A stretch of 64,000 nt of DNA from Eledone cirrhosa (lineage: Eukaryota), in assembly GCA_964016885.1 (NCBI GenBank), contig OZ024761.1:186001-250000 (forward strand). The letters are read 5' to 3'. Position numbers and translations under genes: made by a program. This document shows, in pieces, positions 58,711 to 64,000 of this stretch (its first letter is position 1; each line of letters begins with the position of its first letter). A model generated the notes under the pieces. That model made no database searches, was not told the origin of the DNA, and saw only the letters and a program-made list of their open reading frames with translations.

Positions 58711-59363
58711 CTATATCTGTCTCTATCTCTCTATCTCTCTATCTCTATCTCTCTATCTCTCTGTCTCTATCTCTCTATCTCTATCTCTCTGTCTCTCTAT
58801 CTCTCTATCTCTATATCTCTATCTATATATCTCTCTGTCTCTATCTCTCAATCCCTCTGTCTCTATCTCTCTCTATCTCTCTATCTCGCTGTGTCTATCT
58901 CTCTATCTCTCAATCCCTCTGTCTCTATCTATCTCTCTATCTCTCTATCCCTCTGTCTATCTCTCTGTCTCTATCTCTCTATCTCTCTGTCTCTATCTCT
59001 CTATCTCTCTGTCTCTATCTCTCAATCTCTCTGTCTCTATCTCTCTCTATCTCTCAATCCCTCTGTCTCTATCTATCTCTCTATCTCTCTATCTCTCTGT
59101 CTCTCTCTATCTCTCTGTCTCTATCTCTCTATCTCTCTGTCTCTCTCTATCTCTCTGTCTCTATCTCTCTCTCTGTCTCTATCTCCCTGTCTCTATCTCT
59201 CTATCTCTCTATCTCTCTATCTCTCTATCTCTCTGTCTCTCTCTATCTCTCTGTCTCTATCTCTCTCTCACTGTCTCTATCTCTCTGTCTCTATCTCTCT
59301 ATCTCTCTATCTCTCTATCTCTATATCTCTCTGTCTCTCTCTATCTCTCTGTCTCTATCTCTC

Positions 59364-59415
<52 letters not shown>
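58380..59415. repeat. (TC)n/(TATC)n/(TCTCTA)n microsatellite complex
   Basis: Direct inspection. Confidence 0.95.
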
Positions 59416-59417
<2 letters not shown>

Positions 59418-61425
59418 AGTGACTGGACCTTCTCTGTATATAAACCTGTAGGTTGAGGAAGGTAAACAGAGGGAAGACGGGGACACCTACAAAACGTGTC
59501 CCTGGTGTTGAGGGTTGTTCTATCCACGGGGTGTAAGACAACCCTGCAGTCACTTCCCCCCTACTGAGGATTTCAATTGTTATTTTATTATATATAGTTT
59601 ATTGTTATTTATTAATGTTAAAGTTATATGATTTTTATTTAAAACCCCCGCCGTCACGTCTTGTAATGTCCCATGTTTGTACGCCCCTGTGGCAAATAAA
59701 GAAAGATATCTATCTCTCAATCTCTATCTATCTACCTAGCTATCTATCTCTCAATTTATCTCTCTCTATCTATAGATAGCCCTAGGCAGGGAAGGAGACG
59801 AACTGGCCAGCCTATTCGGTAGGACATTTGGCCCGGGACCTATGGACAACTTCCAGAGGTCTCTGGCCTGGCAGTGCTACCGAGGGGCGCTGCCCGTTCG
59901 AGAAAAGCTCTACAGACACGGGCGCCCTGGTAGGGACCGCTCGAAAAAGATCGTGCGCGACGAGGAAACCGTTGCGCACGAATTGGTACACTGCTCGGGC
60001 GTTGCCGACCTGTGGGGCTATGTCGAACGACTGCTGTCACGGGTGGGACCAATCAAGCCGCCTCCCACCTTCAAAATGAAGGAGAGGCGGTCTTCCTCTG
60101 TGTAATAGCCATGGTGAAAGAGGTGGTATGGTGGACACGTTTGAAAGGGCTGAGGTCGGACACCTTTCTCTCCGGCTAACAAATGGTCCTTTTCTTTAAA
60201 TACCATTTTAAGAGAAGGATCAGAAAGGAGAGAGAGGTGCTCTACCCCAGCAAGTTTTATGAAAGGTGGGTGAAAGTAGCGAGAATGGCCCGTGTGAATG
60301 GGCCTTCTCTCTTTATCAGCCTGTAGGTGGAAAGGTGAAAGTTCAAGGGAGCACCCTCTCTCTGTGCTCCTAAGGAAAAGGGTTGCACATTTATCGGGGG
60401 GGGGGGGGTGCGACCCCCAAAACGCCTCCTCCCTATTGGGGACTGTATTGTTAATTTTATATTTGTTATTTGTTTTTTACTCGTTCTTTTATGTAAACTC
60501 CCCTTTTTGTAGTTGTCCCCTTCTTTTGTGCCCTCGTGGCTAATAAATAGAAACTTATCTATCTATCTATCTATCTTAGTCCGCAGCAAGTGCGACGACA
60601 CGCTCGGAGAAACTCTAGGCGTAGAGGAGGACGAACTGGCCAGTGTGTTTGGTAGGACCTTCCGCCCGGGACCAATGGACAACTTCCAAAAGTCCCTGGC
60701 CTGGCAGTGCTACCGAGGAGCTCTACCAGTTCGATACAAGCTCTACAGACACGGGCGCCCGGGTAGGGACCCTTCGAAAAAGATCTGTCCGAGATGCGTG
60801 CGCGACGAGGAAACCGTTTCACACGCATTTGTACACTGCCCGGCGTTACCGACCTGTGGGGCTATGTAGAACGACTATTGTCGCGGGTGGGACCAATCCA
60901 GTTGACCACCGAGTCCATTGTCATGATCAAACCGCCACCTTCCTTCAAAAACGAGGGAGAGGCGGTTTTCCTATGTGTTATGGCTATGGTGAAAGAGGTT
61001 ATATGGTGGATGAGGTTAAAAGGGCTGAGGTCAGACATCTTTCTCTCCGGATTCGATTTTTCAAATATCATTTTGGAAGAAGAATCAGGATGGAGAGAGA
61101 GGTGCTGTACCCCAGCAAATTTTATAAAAGGTGGGTGAATGTGGCAAAGATGGCCCGAGTGGTTGGGCCTTCTCTCTATATAAGCCTGTAGGTTGAGGAA
61201 AAAGAGGAATAGAGGAAGGGAGTACTCACTCTTGGCGCTCCTGGAGATGAGGGTTGTACATTTTTTCTGGGTGTATACAACCCCTGTGTAACACCTCTCC
61301 CCTATTGGGGATATCAATTGTTATTTGTTACTTTATTAATAGTTTTATTTTCATATACCTGTATGTAAACTCCCCATTTGTATTTGTCCCCTTCTTTTGT
61401 ACCCTTGTGGCTAATAAAGAAATTT
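59416..61425 (+). mobile_element. Three tandem 3' fragments of Tx1/L1-clade LINEs (about 59416-59705, 59778-60552, 60578-61422), each followed by (TATC)n
   Basis: MDNFQKSLAWQCYRGALPV..KL..CPRC..DEETVSHAFVHC (zf-RVT/CCHC-like); shared ends CCTTCTCT..ATAAGCCTGTAG and GTGGC(T)AATAAA. Confidence 0.8.
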
Positions 61426-61518
61426 ATCTATCTATCGAGCCAATTCTATACAAACTCCTTTCTCATTCTCTTTCTCTCCCAATATTCGTCCATCTTAACT
61501 AGCCAGTTCTATACGAAG

Positions 61519-61588
<70 letters not shown>

Positions 61589-62145
61589 ATCTCTCTCTTT
61601 CTTTCTCTCTCTCTCTCTCTACCTACCTACTCCCCACCCTCTACCTACCCACTTACCACCCTCTCTCTCTACCTACTCCCCACCCTTTCTCTCTAACTCT
61701 CTCTCTCTAACTAGCCTCTCTCTACCTCTCTCTCTACCCCCTCTCTACCTCTCTCTCTACCCTCTCTCTACCTCTCTCTCTCCACCTACTCTCTCTCTCT
61801 ATCTACTCTCTCTCTACCCACACTCTCTCTCTCTACCCTCTCTCTACCTCTCTTTCCCATTCTCTCCACTCTCCCATTCTCTCTACTCTCCCATTCTATC
61901 TACTCTCTCTCTCAACCTACCTCTCTACCTCTACCCCCTCCCCCCCACTTTCTCTACCTACTCTATTCTGCCAATATCCACATTACTACCGCTACTCTCC
62001 ACTTTTTGTTCGCTTCACCGAACCAATGTATTTGATATCATGGATTAACAATCAGCCGAATAGAATAATGCAACGTACAGCTTTTGTAGAGCTCCATTTA
62101 GAAAATCATCTTTGAAACCATTATCGTCATCATGCGTGTTACTAC

Positions 62146-62182
<37 letters not shown>

Positions 62183-62271
62183 ATATGTATGTATGTATAT
62201 ATGTATGTATATGTATGTATATATATATGTATATGTATGTATGTATATATATATGTATATGTATGTATATA

Positions 62272-62326
<55 letters not shown>

Positions 62327-62331
62327 GTATG

Positions 62332-62366
<35 letters not shown>

Positions 62367-62391
62367 GTATGTATATATATATATGTATATG

Positions 62392-62453
<62 letters not shown>

Positions 62454-62476
62454 CATATATATATATATATACATAC

Positions 62477-62507
<31 letters not shown>

Positions 62508-62691
62508 CATACATATATATATATATATATACATATATATAGAGAGAGATATACATACATATATATATATATGTATATATATATATGTACATACATATAT
62601 ATACATATATATATGTATATATATATACATACATATATATATACATATATATGCATATACATAAAGATATACATACATATATATATATATG

Positions 62692-62722
<31 letters not shown>

Positions 62723-62798
62723 GTATATATATATGTATGTATACATATATATATATACATATATCTATATATATATACATATATATATATACATATAC

Positions 62799-62829
<31 letters not shown>

Positions 62830-63048
62830 CATATACATACATATGCATATATATACATACATATATATATACACATATATACATATACATACATATACAT
62901 ATATATACATACATATATATATACACATATATATATATATACACATATACATATATATATATATATACATACACACACACACATATATATATACACATAT
63001 ATATATATACATGTACATATATATATATACATACACACACACACACAC

Positions 63049-63108
<60 letters not shown>

Positions 63109-63418
63109 TTTGTATTATTTCTAATCATTTTTGTTAATGCTTACCATTTTACTTTTTATTTTTTACTTATTATTTATTTATTTTTAGTATAAACTTGAAC
63201 GAAATTGTTGCTTAAGCTCCAATAAGCGCCAGTCCAATTGGCCCGAAGGCTGTATGAATAATAGCAATTTCGAAAGCATACAAGGACTGGCAAGGACAGA
63301 ATATCAATGGATATCATTGAATCTTTTATCAAATTTAATAACTGAATCGATATAAACAAACCCATTCAATGACATAGTTCATTACAGCAATAACGGTAAC
63401 AAACAATCAACCAACTAA

Positions 63419-63488
<70 letters not shown>

Positions 63489-63497
63489 CTCTCTCTC

Positions 63498-63542
<45 letters not shown>

Positions 63543-63675
63543 CTGTCGCTCTCTGTCTCTCTCTCTCTCTCTGTCGCTCACTGTCGCTCCCTCTCTCTCT
63601 CTCTCTCTCTCTCTCGCTCCCTCTCTCTCTTTCTCTCTCTTTCTCTCTCTGTCGCTCTCTGTCGCTCCCTGTCTC

Positions 63676-63722
<47 letters not shown>

Positions 63723-63931
63723 TTCTCTCTCTCTCTCTCTGTCTCCTTCTCTCTCTTTCTCTCTCTCTCTCTCTGTCGCTCCCCGTCTTTCTCTCTCTCT
63801 GTGTCTCTTTCTCTCTCTCTCTCTCCCTCTGTCTCCTTCTCTCTCTTTCTCTCTCTCTCTCTCTGTCGCTCTCTGTCGCTCCCCGTCTTTCTCTCTCTCT
63901 GTGTCTCTTTCTCTCTCTCTCTCTGTCGCTC

Positions 63932-64000
<69 letters not shown>

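Overview
Eukaryotic, repeat-dominated DNA with no host gene that I can support. Nearly all listed ORFs are translations of microsatellites such as (TA)n, (CA)n, (GA)n, (GTA)n and (TATC)n. The SINE families and microsatellite density suggest a coleoid cephalopod such as Octopus; this is inference. Recognisable content: (1) one 5'-truncated Penelope-like element (PLE) with an open RT + GIY-YIG ORF, plus three more PLE GIY-YIG fragments. (2) 3' remnants of RTE, Tx1/L1, R4/Dong and CRE-like non-LTR elements. (3) Many tRNA-derived SINEs. (4) piggyBac- and Tc1/mariner-type MITEs, and several minisatellites. The most striking signal is about 20 type I hammerhead ribozyme (HHR) motifs from more than 10 sequence-distinct families, read by eye. 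Most sit in short modules embedded in (TA)n tracts, often as fold-back inverted repeats. These form a size series from 5'-truncated PLEs with an inverted terminal repeat down to 70-220 bp hairpins. Two families carry non-canonical cores (U3-A8 covariation; U4A with a CUU site). All coordinates and folds were determined manually and need computational confirmation.
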